A stretch of 64,000 nucleotides of DNA from Macrostomum lignano (lineage: Eukaryota). The position numbers were made by a program, and so were the translations under genes. Below the pieces are notes generated by a model, which was not told where the DNA came from, ran no database searches, and saw only the letters and a list, made by a program, of their open reading frames with translations. Below, in pieces: positions 1 to 11,950 of this stretch (position 1 is the stretch's first letter; every line of letters begins with the position of its first letter). Location of the stretch: NCBI GenBank assembly GCA_002269645.1, contig NIVC01001206.1, positions 1 to 64,000 of the forward strand, written 5' to 3'.

Positions 1-42
1 ACACACACACACATCTACCTACCTATCTACTACCTATCTACA

Positions 43-91
<49 letters not shown>

Positions 92-144
92 ATCTATCTA
101 TCTATCTATATCTATCTATCTATCTATCTTTATCTACTACCTAC

Positions 145-179
<35 letters not shown>

Positions 180-217
180 CCTACCTACCTACCTATCTAC
201 CTACCTACCTACCTATC

Positions 218-248
<31 letters not shown>

Positions 249-290
249 CCATCTATCTATCTATCTCTCTATCTATATCTATCATCCATC
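1..290. repeat. (CTAT)n/(CTAC)n microsatellite
   Basis: Tetranucleotide array read directly from the sequence. Confidence 0.95.
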
Positions 291-669
291 TAAATTGACA
301 AAAATTGCTCATTGAAGATCCTGAGAAATTTGTAGCAAAAATGAAGGCACGGGTTTCTGCTTCTCTGTATTTAATAATGTTGTTATTTTTATCTCAGACA
401 AACTCTCGCGTATACGGCAATTGACTCGGGGAGGGCAGTTGAAAAAAAAACGTTAGAAAACGCTAATGGTATGTTACCAGACAGTGCCTGGGCGTGAGTG
501 CTCACAATCCGTATTAACGTACTTCTGTCCGAGACCGCGCGGCGAGAATCGCATCGAGAAAAAGCAAATTATGGACGTTAGTTACAAAGCTCGCCGATCC
601 TAAGCAAACGACGGCTTTAAAAAATTTTTTGTTTAAATGCGGAGCAAATTAGAAAAAAAAAACTAATGA

Positions 670-1407
670 TTAGAAAGCCGGTAGGGGCGGCCCGTCTGTC
701 TCCTTGTCCGGACTCGGCCAGCTCTCAGATATCCGGCAGCAGCTGGCGGCCGGTGCTGAACCCGGGCGCCCCGACTGCCACGCGGACGGCTGCGCTGTCG
801 CACTGGACATCCCCGGTGGTCTGAGGGTCGCGTTCGGGTCGAAGTTCGCCCAGGCGTTTCTCTGCGGATCTTCTGGCAGCCAGCCGGCTTCGCAGCCACC
901 GCCGCCGCCTCTTCCAGAGCCGCCGTTGCCGCGGCTGCCGCCGCAGTCGCCGGAGGTGCCGCAACCGCCGTCGCGGCCGAAGTACATCTCGTCGTCCATG
1001 ATGAGCCGCTGCAGCGAGCTGTCGTCGTACCAGCCGCAGCCGCTGTCCTGCCTGTCGCCAGTGTCGAACATTGACGACTGAGGCATCAGCTGAGGATTCA
1101 TTGGGATCGGAGGCGGCTGATGCCGCGGCTCGAAGTACATGAAATTGTTTTGAAACGGCTTGAAACCGCTGCTGCTGCTGCTGTTGTTGCTGTTGTTGCT
1201 GAACGGTTGCTCTGTGGGTTGCGGGAACGGCGGCAACAGGGGCTCATCCGGCATCTGCGACTGCTCCGGGTTCATCATGCCGTAGAGCATCTGCGAGGAT
1301 CCGGACGCTGGCGGATCGAAGCTCATGCCGTAGACGGGCGGGGGTGGTCCGATGTCTTCAGGGAAACTGCTGTTCAACCACGCATCCGGGTTCATTATTG
1401 TCTGCAC
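670..1407 (-). CDS. Large terminal or single coding exon; low-complexity Pro/Ser/Gly-rich protein of unknown function
   Basis: 245-codon ORF that begins right after a CAG acceptor (1410-1408). First ATG is at 1395 (MNPDAWLN...) and the TAA stop is at 672-670. The composition is not satellite-like. No recognisable domain. Confidence 0.55.
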   Translation of the reverse strand: MQTIMNPDAWLNSSFPEDIGPPPPVYGMSFDPPASGSSQMLYGMMNPEQSQMPDEPLLPPFPQPTEQPFSNNSNNSSSSSGFKPFQNNFMYFEPRHQPPPIPMNPQLMPQSSMFDTGDRQDSGCGWYDDSSLQRLIMDDEMYFGRDGGCGTSGDCGGSRGNGGSGRGGGGGCEAGWLPEDPQRNAWANFDPNATLRPPGMSSATAQPSAWQSGRPGSAPAASCCRISESWPSPDKETDGPPLPAF

Positions 1408-1739
1408 CTGTGGCCGCTTATCCTGTCGTTAACCTTGGCTGGTATAAGAAAAAGGCACTAATGAAGCGGGGAGGCAACTGGCACATTAACTAGGTGGACC
1501 CTATGGCTGCATCGGAGCAAAGTCCTTCTCGGCTTAGCTTGGTTCTGCCGAACCGCCTAGAGGTTTTGCCCATAGACAGAAAATGACTGACAATAGAAAT
1601 GCAGTGATCAGTGCTAGTTCTGGGCTGAGCCAATACGGAAATAATCTGATTAATGAATTCACAGTAATAATCTTAGATTATTGAGATAATTCACGTGTAG
1701 ATTCAGTCATCTACTGCTCAGATTCTCAAGGAGATTCTG

Positions 1740-2520
1740 GAGATTGTCAGCATTTCAACTGTGAGATTCTTGAGACTGACAGCATTTCAACTGTGAGGTC
1801 CTTGGGATTGTCAGCATTTCAACTGTGAGATTCTTGAGACTGATAGCATTTCCACTGTGAGATTCTCGAGATTGACAGCATTTCCACTGTGAGATTCTCG
1901 AGATTGACAGCATTTCCACTGTGAGATTCTTGAGACTGATAGCATTTCCACTGTGAGATTCTCGAGATTGACAGCATTTCCACTGTGAGATTCTCGAGAT
2001 TGACAGCATTTCCACTGTGAGATTCTTGAGACTGATAGCATTTCCACTGTGAGATTCTTGAGACTGAGAGCATTTCCACTGTGAGATTCTTGAGACTGAC
2101 AGCATTTCAACTGTGAGGTCCTTGGGATTGTCAGCATTTCCACTGTGAGATTCTCGAGATTGACAGCATTTCCACTGTGAGATTCTCGAGATTGACAGCA
2201 TTTCCACTGTGAGATTCTTGAGACTGATAGCATTTCCACTGTGAGATTCTCGAGATTGACAGCATTTCCACTGTGAGATTCTTGAGACTGATAGCATTTC
2301 CACTGTGAGATTCTTGAGACTGATAGCATTTCCACTGTGAGATTCTTGAGACTGATAGCATTTCCACTGTGAGATTCTTGAGACTGATAGCATTTCCACT
2401 GTGAGATTCTTGAGACTGATAGCATTTCCACTGTGAGATTCTTGAGACTGATAGCATTTCCACTGTGAGATTCTTGAGACTGATAGCATTTCCACTGTGA
2501 GATTCTTGAGATTGACAGCA
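1740..2520. repeat. 32-bp tandem repeat (GCATTTCCACTGTGAGATTCTTGAGACTGATA), about 24 copies
   Basis: Head-to-tail copies without spacers. It produces the spurious ORFs at 1755-2542. Confidence 0.95.
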
Positions 2521-2672
2521 GGCTCAAGTAGTTTTCAACCAAATAACATTCATAGTTTTTGAGTTTCCAAGAATACCTTGTTTGGGAGGGAGCTTATTGT
2601 GTGGTTTTTTGGTAATTTTGGGCACACAAAAAGTGAGTAGTGTTTCATTTCCTACCCGAACCAATTTTCCAG

Positions 2673-2957
2673 ACGCTCATATTTCTATTGGAAAACTTCT
2701 CGATAAGCGTTGGCCGAATTTCGCTGGCAGAAAATGAGCAGATCTCGCAGCAGAGTCTCGGCGCCATCGCCAGCCTCCTGGCAGCTCAGCGAGCTCGCCA
2801 TCGAGTTGCCGAAGGTGTCGAAGAGACGGACTTTGAGGACAATGATGATGATGGGGAAGAGAATGGATTGGGCGCTAGCGACGACTGGACTGTGGTCAGC
2901 GATCTGGGGGCCTCGGGGGCCACGGCTGTGGATGAGATGCCGAGCTTCAGAGGCTGA
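2673..2957 (+). CDS. Probable terminal exon of an unidentified gene (TLIFLLENFSISV...acidic tail...SFRG*)
   Basis: Acceptor ttttccag at 2665-2672, phase 0, open to TGA at 2957, with a natural-looking acidic C-terminus. Upstream exons not located. Confidence 0.45.
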   Translation, partial: TLIFLLENFSISVGRISLAENEQISQQSLGAIASLLAAQRARHRVAEGVEETDFEDNDDDGEENGLGASDDWTVVSDLGASGATAVDEMPSFRG

Positions 2958-3100
2958 GTGACTTCAGAGGCTGAGTGACTTCAGCAAGGGCTGAGGGATT
3001 TCAGGTTCAGGGGCTGATCGAGTGACTTCAGGGGCTGAGTAACTTCAGGGGCTGAGTGACCTCAGAGGCTGAGTGATTTCAGCAGGGGTGAGTGACTTTA
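2950..3100. repeat. Short degenerate tandem repeat built on CTGAGTGACTTCAG
   Basis: About 8 imperfect copies just after the stop codon. Confidence 0.7.
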
Positions 3101-3973
3101 GTGGCACAATTTCAATTTATACCCTCTAATGCTTTTTAATGAAAGCTCTTCAAGTAGTTCATCACTTTTTATATTTTTCATCCAAATTGTGCAATCAATG
3201 CTGAATTCATTCTTGCAATGTTAAATCTCTTCTAAGCTTTATGATTTTATTGTTTTGCTTAGTTTAAACAGTTGTAGGCAACGCAATGTACCGAGATTTG
3301 AAGAATTTCTAATTTCTTTAAAATCATTCTAAAAACAGAACTTTATTTTATACATCGATTTATTATCTTTAAATTTTATAAATCTAGTTAAATTTTGCAG
3401 ACCAAGTCGTTTTAATTCCAAACTCAAGCTTCGCATTTCTTTAAAAATAATATAGACTGCTGCACTTTAGTAAGCTTCTGTTATATTTTTGGACTTAAAA
3501 TGAGTACAGTATGCAAATTATAGGTTGTTCTCAAGTTGTTAGAATATTAAAAAATAATCTGATTGGAGGTATAAATAATTTTTTCGTTTTTCTTACACAA
3601 ACATAAAAATTTAGTAGAACTAACTTTATAAGATTTAATAGTGGTTCATTAAATTTATAGTTTTAAATTAATTATTACTAAGAAACAAGTAAATTTATTT
3701 AATTTGACAAATTACTTTTTAAAAAGAAACAGTTAATTTTTTATTTATTGTGGTACAAAATAAACTGCATGTATGTAAGTTTTGAATTAGAAAAATAGTC
3801 CGTCAGTCAGTTATTTACTTTTAAAAAGCAACTTATTAGAATGTTTAGCCATGCAATTAAAGGCAGAGATTTTAATTGGTTTTATTTAATTATCATTCAA
3901 GACCTATTCCCCACCAGTCAACCAGAGTGATGCCCATCAATGTAACAAAGAATTCAGCAAAATCCAGCTAAGT

Positions 3974-4854
3974 TCACTTGTCTGCGGAGTACTGATCCTT
4001 ATTCTTGAGCAAAAAAGCAGCCAAATATTCAATTGGATTTGGTGGTCGCTCCTTGGATAGCACTGCCAGGCCCTGCAGCAGCACAGGGACCACTGTCTGG
4101 TCCAGGTAGGCTCGGGTTGGCAGGGCTTGAACTGCAACTCTAGGCTTCTTGGCTGAAGCACTTGCAGCAGCATCAGCATGTTCAGCATCTGACATTCGAG
4201 CTAGGCCTTCAGGCACTGTGGGTGGCTGCTGCTGTTGCTCAGCTGCTGGCATGGGCTGATCTTGACTGGCATCGGCTGGGTCTCCAGTGACGGCTGGTGC
4301 GGGGGCAGCAGCAGGTTCCGCTGTTGAATCTGTGGCTAAAAAGTTAGTAATTTTTATTTTGTTACATCATTCATCAGCTTCAGAATAATATCCATATACT
4401 AAAAATGTTGTAAGCTAAAATTGAAAATAACAAAGCTATAAAATATTTACAGCTTGAATATTGCTACCTTAAACTCCAGTACTTTTTCTTAAAAACATTA
4501 AATAAAATCTTGAAAAAATATGAAAAAAATAAGAAAAACTTTTGAATTTTTTTCAGAAAATTTTTGGCCTACATTTAAGATCAACAAGTAAATTCAAGGC
4601 ACTTGTTATTCGTCCACGCCACAGCAATACGAGCTTGGTGTTAGGACTATAAAAATCACAGATTGGTTTCATTCTTACATTCATTGCAAAATAAGGTTTC
4701 AAAAATGGCTCATTTCGAGAGCACAGTTCCAGCGACCAATCCAAGTGCCAGTACATTCACATAGAGTAGTATCAACGTTAAACAAACTCTTTCGGATAAT
4801 AGTCTAAACGATAATATATCGCAAAGCGCAATACTCACTTGATTTAGCGTCCAT
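3974..4854 (-). CDS. DPY30: Dpy-30 homolog (COMPASS/SET1 complex subunit), 2 exons
   Basis: Exon 1 is 4854-4839 (ATG GAC GCT AAA TCA A|gtgagt). Exon 2 is 4335-3974 (ttttag|CC), phase-1 compatible. The C-terminal [42 protein letters not shown] is the Dpy-30 motif. Confidence 0.95.
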
Positions 4855-6133
4855 GTTTAAGCGTTTCTTCGTTCAGTGGTAAATGAAGTAATCCAATTTG
4901 CCTTTTAAGTATAAAAGAAAAAAAGAGTTCTGACGTATTCAAATTTGCAAACATTGTTATGGAATACAAACGTAATAATAAGAATTTTTTTGATTAACTT
5001 TAAACTAAACTTTAAAAAATCACCATGAGCATTAAGTTTCTTCATGTTTTCAATCATAGTTTTCAAACTGTGACAAACGTTTTGTTATACTGTATAAAAA
5101 AATTACAATTATAGTCCGCAATATTTTCTCTTTTATTTAAGCTATGAGCTTAAGCCATGACTTCATTTTTTCAATTGTCTTGAAAATGTTATATAAAGCT
5201 TGTAAGCATTAGTGGTTTATCCTACGGGATTCTTGGCCCTAATGTAATTATATGCATGTACTAATAATATAAGTTCGAATTTCTTGTATATGTATACTGC
5301 ATAAAGGACCACAGTATAAGTAGGACGTAAAACTCAAAAAGTCGTTTCATTTTTTGGAGACCATAAAGTTGCATGCAGTAACTATGAATATATATATAGG
5401 AACTTAGGAACGTGTGTAGGAACTTTATGCATCGAAATGGAATTAATACATGTACCTACACAAATTTGTCTGTTTAGATCGAGTACACTGTATTTTGCAT
5501 TTTGAATACAATTGATTCAAAGAAGAACAAAATAAAAAGTCACTGTATGTATGATTTTTGTATTGTCAGTGTTATTGGCAATGAATGTCAATGAAATTTT
5601 TTTAAATGCAGACAAACAGTAGATGACAAACTATATGACAAATTAGGACTGACATGACAATCCTAAGATCGACATTCATCAGTGTACTGTAAAATGGCGT
5701 TGAATATTTGCAGTAAAACAAGTTGGAGAAATACATTAGGGAATATTAAAGCTGCACGGGGCTTGTAACTTTGATTAGAGTTTTTTATTCTAAATAATTT
5801 TAAATTCAATAATTGGGACAGCATGAATGTACGCGGTATCTATCTGATAAAAATTCGCGATTTCACTCATAGACTAAAACTGAACTGCATGGACGCGGTA
5901 CAGTAGTTGAACTAATCGTATGTACACACATGTATTTAATCCTGAACTGATTTAACCCGGCCATAGACGACGCAGCTTGCAAAATAAAGATTAATCCGAC
6001 TTCCTGATTGGCTGCTAACTTGAAAGAAGTACGTGTAGGGTGATTTAACTAAGGAAGCGGCAGTCGCATTTTAGGCGGGGGCCATAGACAAATCAACACC
6101 AAGTTCTGATCTGGGTTTTCACCACACGGAGGC

Positions 6134-6140
6134 TATATAA
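6134..6140 (+). promoter_or_regulatory. Putative TATA box of knottin-like gene 1
   Basis: TATATAA about 105 nt upstream of the ATG. The equivalent GATATAAG (11068-11075) lies in aligned context upstream of the paralog. Confidence 0.5.
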
Positions 6141-6242
6141 GTTTGGAATTTACTGAAACATTTCTCTGCTCAGCGCTACTTTGGACAGATTTTGCTATCT
6201 ATAATAGAGCAATAATTCAGCAAGCAGCCATTCTTCTTCGCG

Positions 6243-6515
6243 ATGAAGTACTTCATAATGCTGTTAGCCATTGTCATGGTCTTTGGTAAGTTTAGTTAGA
6301 AATCTTAGATGTGTTTGTAATTTATATAAACTATTGCGCAAAATTTTCTCACTGATATCCCCTACTACTCACCCGCCAAAGCAGGTTTTGGATCGCGCGC
6401 TTGTCGGCATTACTGCATCTATAATGGCCGTATGTGCGATACCGACTACAGCTGTTGCTCGGAGAAGTGCAAACGGTCGACACCGTCATCGAGGAAGGGC
6501 AAATGCGTACCTTGA
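6243..6515 (+). CDS. Secreted cysteine-rich knottin/ICK-like peptide 1 (58 aa), 2 exons
   Basis: Exon 1 is 6243-6285 (G|gtaagt); exon 2 is 6382-6515 (aaag|CA, with an in-frame NAGNAG alternative). Protein: MKYFIMLLAIVMVFAGFGSRACRHYCIYNGRMCDTDYSCCSEKCKRSTPSSRKGKCVP. It has a hydrophobic signal peptide, a C-x6-C-x5-CC-x3-C-x11-C framework and one extra N-terminal Cys. ATTAAA at 6644-6649. Missing from the ORF track because it is spliced. Confidence 0.85.
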
Positions 6516-7384
6516 GGCAGCCCGCCTGCATGGTCATGAGTACTATAGCTATGACTAAACCGTTAATACCGACTTAAGAATTTATCATTGTTCTTAAAAT
6601 GTTGCATGAGTGCTGCAAGGTACTTTTTGTGTTGCAAGGACAAATTAAAATGTTTTCATTACGTTTTTGTGTTGTCAAAATTGTTATAATAATATGAGTG
6701 ACGAAATTGAAACGTAGTGATCATCTGAGCAAATCTTTTTGGCTTTTGGGACTTGACATGACTGACAGTTTACAGGGTTTACTGTCGATTTGCCTTTTGT
6801 TTGTGGGTAAAGTTGTTCTATATACATGTATGAATAATTTACGAAAGTCTGGATGTTGCTGCTTCTACTTGTCTATGGTCGGAACCAAAATAATAATGTA
6901 CATGTATTAATCGATTGCATGCAGTTATAATATTCGTGTTTTTTTAATCAAATTTTAACAAACTACGAGCTAACTAAGAGCTAACAGTATATTATTTACC
7001 CCTGCTATATGGGCAGCACATTCAGTACTGTAATTTTACCATAGACTATATGTGGCAGAGCTGTACCTCGGGTTTATGGCTTTTTTAAACTTCGGGTTTG
7101 TGAAATTTCCGGTGTGTGAAACGCCTAATATATAAAAATTACTCAATTAGGGGGGTCAGGGAAGAAAAGAAAAGGAGGGGGTGGAGGTGCGCGACGAACG
7201 AAAGAGGCGAGTTAAAGAGCCAATCAGAAGGCATCGAGGGAGAGAGATAAAGAATAACAAGACTGGGCTAGACAGAGGAGAGGAAACAGATCGTAAACAG
7301 AGACAAGTGAATGCAGATGACTAAACTAAGCAAGTCGCAACGCTAATAGATGAGAATTCTACAGAACCCTATTAGAGTCTCAAC

Positions 7385-7530
7385 TAGGGAATACAATCCC
7401 GGGATTTTGTTCCCCCCCCCACTACCCCAGTTCCCTTCCAACCCTAAATTCTAAATTACAATTCGAAAATCCTGGGATTGACCATCGGGATCCCGATCCC
7501 GCCTTGCAATAATTTAATCATTCATTCCCG
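7385..7530. mobile_element. Possible short hAT-like MITE remnant
   Basis: Ends TAGGGAAT...ATTCCCGA with internal AATCC(C/T)GGGATT palindromes. No TSD confirmed. Confidence 0.3.
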
Positions 7531-10500
7531 AATAGTAGTAGTATCTGCAGCTGAGCTGCTTGTCAGGTGAAAATCACCTACGTTGTCCTACTTTGATTTC
7601 TTAATATTTTAAGCATGCGCAGGCTAGTGAGTAGAATGTTAATACATGTAGGGCAGCAGGGATACAAAACAGAAGCTGTTAGAAGGTCGTAAGGGTATTT
7701 AGGGTGTAATAATTTGTAGATCTATACTTTAAGCAGTCCCTACTTTCAAAACTCCTTGGCCGTACTTGGGATTAGAACAGTGGGACCTTGCTATCGGACC
7801 ACGAATTCTCCATCTAGGGCGGGTGCCCCTGGGAGGGTGAGGTCTGATCCCCTTCCGCGACCCGTTCATTATTCTATGGCCTAAACGAGTTCCGCGATCA
7901 TTGCGTACAGCGTACCGATCATTCCGTACCGCATAGATGTTTTCATTGTTTAGCAATTTGACGATCATTATTCACATTTTTAATGAAAGACTAAAGGGAA
8001 GAGTTAGAGGCTATACGGTCGACCATAGACTATGATTTTCCTATACTAAATTGACTCTTTAAAGGGTTAGTTTTCTAAGGCAGGGCCAGGTTATAGGCAT
8101 ATTTTATATTTACATGTATGTACGAGCATATTCTCAATTGCCTAGTGTATTTATATAATTTATCGTCACTTCTGTTAAATAAACTGTTTTGTCTATGTGA
8201 TGGGTTTCGACCTTCGGGCCTCCACAAGGGGAAGTCTTCGGGCCTCAGGTCTCAGAAATAAATCAATTAGAGACCTGGCCCCCCACTCCTGTCAGATGGT
8301 CAGCCCCATGGTAGCTTGATCGTGTGGCGAGCAGTCTAGGTCCTATAGCTAAGAGAGGGACAGCGAGAGACGAGCAGGGAGAATTTTGAAAGTAGAAATT
8401 AGCTAATCCGCAGATCAACTAACTTGCTGCCACCAGCCCGTGCGCCCTGGCTCACCACACCGGGACTCTCGAAATCGGGCTTCCGACTAGAAGGGGCTTT
8501 GCACTTACCTGCCAACTAGTGTCTTTTTGCTGTCAATCTCGAAGTCATAGCCGATGATAAGGGACACTGCTGGGACTAGATCGCGATTCTATTTTTAGCA
8601 CAGACTAAGCACGTGACTGTGCACGCACTCTGTGCGTGGCCACTGACCTTGAGTCACGCCACTGCTGCGTGACAGGGTTGCCTTATTTGGAAGTTGGCCT
8701 TGGATCACGCGTCGCCCGCATGATTCCAATGCCCAAATAAGGAAGTTTCACGCGCTCACCGCATGAAACTCACGTGACTTTTAGGGGTCCGCTCGGCTAT
8801 AAATACGAAGCATCTGCGAGCCATTTTTCTCCAGATCGCGTCGTCCTGCCTGGGCTCGACCGGAGCTGCCTCTGCCTCCGAGCTCTCTCATTTCAGGTTT
8901 TACAGGTTTTCAGGTTCGAGCAGCATTCTACTAAGACGATCGACTGTCGAGACATTTTTCAGATTTGCCTTTGCTCCGAGCGACTTTGTTATTTTTCTTT
9001 CAGGTGACGGATAGACAACTCTGCCGACGCGTCGAGTCCGCACACCAAGGTGGCAGCAACCCTACCAAGTCACGGCAACGTTTTAGGTTCATTTTCAGGC
9101 AAATCGATAGGTAGTACTCCGATGCTATCTAGCTTCTTCAGGAGCAGCGGGTTTTATTTTCTAGGAACATCTTCGAGAACCCGAGAAGGAGAGGCACACT
9201 TTACAGAAGATATGTACTTTTGGCCTTCAACGCGCCAACTAGCCTCTCATAGCGCTGATGATAGACTAACTCGAACTTCAGAGACCGCATGATTCATTTA
9301 CCCGAGCCGCTTGGCTACCCTAGAATGCACAAAGTACATCTCTGGCGCCGATTCTGCACTTCTGGCAGTTTTGCTCACTGATTTGATAGATTGGTCGACT
9401 GAGAACTGCCTTGCCATTGGTCCACTGTGACCGGCGCCTACTAGCTTAGCTACTCATCTGAGCCATCGGCGAACAAAGAAATAAAACCGATAAAAATAAC
9501 TGTTAGATTTAACCTTCTCCTTAGTTCACTTCACACTTCAGATTGAATTGGAGTCTTAGACTACTAGCAGTATTATTGAATGATTTCTGCCTCAGCAACA
9601 GCACTATTGAACAAAATGAGCAAAAGTGTGCGCCTAATTCAGCTACTGCAACAGGGGACAGATAAGGGATCACCCAATCAAGCAAGTCTAGGTAGCCTCT
9701 CACCCAACCAATCAGAAACTCAACAGCCGGAGACCAGGTAATCCACAGTGACCGAATCGGCTCGATGCTCTGCAGCTGTAGACTCGGGATGATGCTGTCA
9801 CAATCTTCGCTGTTAGCTAGCAGGTGATGCTCTTAACTGGATGTTCGCTGCTGTCGACCGGGGGACTCGTCCTTGATGATGATGGGGGAAGTCGCAATCC
9901 GGGGATCAAGAAACGACGGTCGTGCTCCGGGAACCAGAAGTTGCGCGCTGGGCCCGAGCCAAAGTTGAGTCCGAGCGGGCCAAAAACACCGGTTTAAATA
10001 GCCGCCAACTGGACCGCAGTTTGTTATAATGGAACACGTCGATTCTGATTGGCTGAGCCGTTTTGTTAAAATGAGCGCCGAATTTTCTGATTGGCTAAGC
10101 TTGTTGCCACCCAGAATCACGTGAGACCGAGAGATCCTATTAGTTCCCACAGGGTCGTAAAAACAGGTGACAGGTGCGGCCATAAATCACTCAAAATCGC
10201 AACAAAATGATTTATGACCTTTCGCGTAGGATTGACAGAAATTAATGAAAAAATATACATTAGAAAGCTCTTATTAAATAGAAAGAGAAGATAATGAAGA
10301 GAAATCGCTAATCGCTAATCCCAAAGTACTTTTAGGGGTAAAACGCATAGCTGTCAAAGCTGTCACACGCTTGAGTGAACACAAACAATAGGCTCTGACC
10401 TCATAAATCTTGATGGCCTGTCAAAATGATGAGAAAAAAGCTACCGCCCGCATCCTCTCAGACCATCTGGCGCCCGCTTCAACACTGAGTGAGGCGCAGG

Positions 10501-11173
10501 TGGCTGTCAGACCAACTTTGAAAGCGATGATTTATGACCCAAAAAGCTGCGCCTATGTTATTATGACTACTAGTATGACCAGACATTATATCTAGTATAG
10601 ATTCTATGAAAATTCGCAGAAAAAGGATAAAAATGCACATTGCCCACTTTTAGTAGGCAAGTAAGTTTAGAGCCCATGTGCTAGCGCGGGATTTGGGAAA
10701 AAGTGCGTCCTCATCATATGGTTGAAATGCGCATTGGACGTACCTTGGACGTTCCTTGGACGTTCCTTGGACGTTCATTAGGGCTCGGGTAGGCCATAGA
10801 ATAATGTTTAGCAAACAGTGTGACCAGCTCCTTGTTGACTTTATAATGAAAGACTTGATCAGCCGTAATGAAGCCAGTTGAAATGTCTAGGTTCAAAACA
10901 CAAACAGAAATATTATAATTCATTATATAATTACATTTCTATCATATAATCCTGAACTGATAACCCGAGCATAGATAACACAGCTTGCAGAATGAAGATT
11001 AATCCAATCGAACTGTATTTTGGCCATAGACAATCAACAGCAAACTCTTTCCACACTAGACAGAGCCGATATAAGTTTGGTATTTATACTGAAACAATTC
11101 TCTGCATACACAACCCTAGCTATACTAGATTTTGCGTTCTAAAGCAACAAGCAAGCAGACCTACTTCTTTGCG

Positions 11174-11473
11174 ATGAAGTACTTCATAATGCTGTTAGCC
11201 ATTGTCATGTTCTTCGGTAAGCTCAGTTAGAAAGCTTAGATAGATGTGTTTTTAATTCAAAAAAATATTGCGCACATGTTTCTCATATACTACTCACCCG
11301 TCAAAGCAGGTCTCGGATCGCGCGCCTGTCCGCCCAAGTTCTGCACAAAGACCGGCCGTCTCTGCCAGTCCGACAATGACTGTTGTTCGAAAAAATGCAA
11401 CCCGATACTATCGAAGATGGGCAACTGCGCACCTGGTGGTAACCCGCCTGGTACTCAAGAGTACTATGATTAA
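11174..11473 (+). CDS. Secreted cysteine-rich knottin/ICK-like peptide 2 (69 aa), 2 exons
   Basis: Exon 1 is 11174-11216 (G|gtaagc); exon 2 is 11307-11473. Protein: MKYFIMLLAIVMFFAGLGSRACPPKFCTKTGRLCQSDNDCCSKKCNPILSKMGNCAPGGNPPGTQEYYD, with C-x6-C-x5-CC-x3-C-x9-C plus an extra N-terminal Cys. ATTAAA at 11587-11592. Confidence 0.88.
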
Positions 11474-11950
11474 CAAACTATCAATATACCGACTTAAGAA
11501 TTTATCATATTTCGTAAAATGTTGCACGATTGATGCAAGGTACTTTTGTGTCGCAAGTTTTTGTATTGTCAAATTGTTGCAAACTAATTAAAATGTTAGT
11601 TGACTAAATTGAAACTTAATGATCTTCAATTTCCTTTTTTCTTAGCAAGCCTGAGTATACACTGCACACGTAACAGTAAAGATGACAATTAACCTGCAGC
11701 TGTAGCTAGCAGTAATAAAAATCGTATCAAGCTATGAACGTGCGAAGTACATGTACACACACTGTAGCTGATGAATATTTCCGCTAGATTTTAAAACCAC
11801 TTGAAAGACTTATACAGCAATTGTTACACCGTAAATTTGACACAAATGTTATATAGCTAGTAACCCATCACAAAAAGACACTAATTACGAGTACTTTGTT
11901 TACTTTGTTGCCTGGCATCAGCGGATGATTGAGGTTATTGAGGTTAAAAG

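Noticed and set aside
704-1461. Plus-strand ORFs 704-1081 and 1120-1461
   Set aside because: Antisense shadows of the GC-rich minus-strand exon.
1740-2520. CRISPR-like appearance of the 32-bp array (also the 36-bp array at 29490 and the 48-bp array at 46960)
   Set aside because: Units are head-to-tail with no unique spacers, there are no cas genes, and the context is eukaryotic.
8190-9480. Possible LTR-retroelement remnant between the knottin genes (TGGTGGCAGC PBS-like motifs; minus-strand ESAPEMYFVHSRVAKRLG resembling a retroviral protease)
   Set aside because: No second LTR, TSD or RT/integrase motif was found, and the orientations of the clues conflict. Too degenerate to call without a search.
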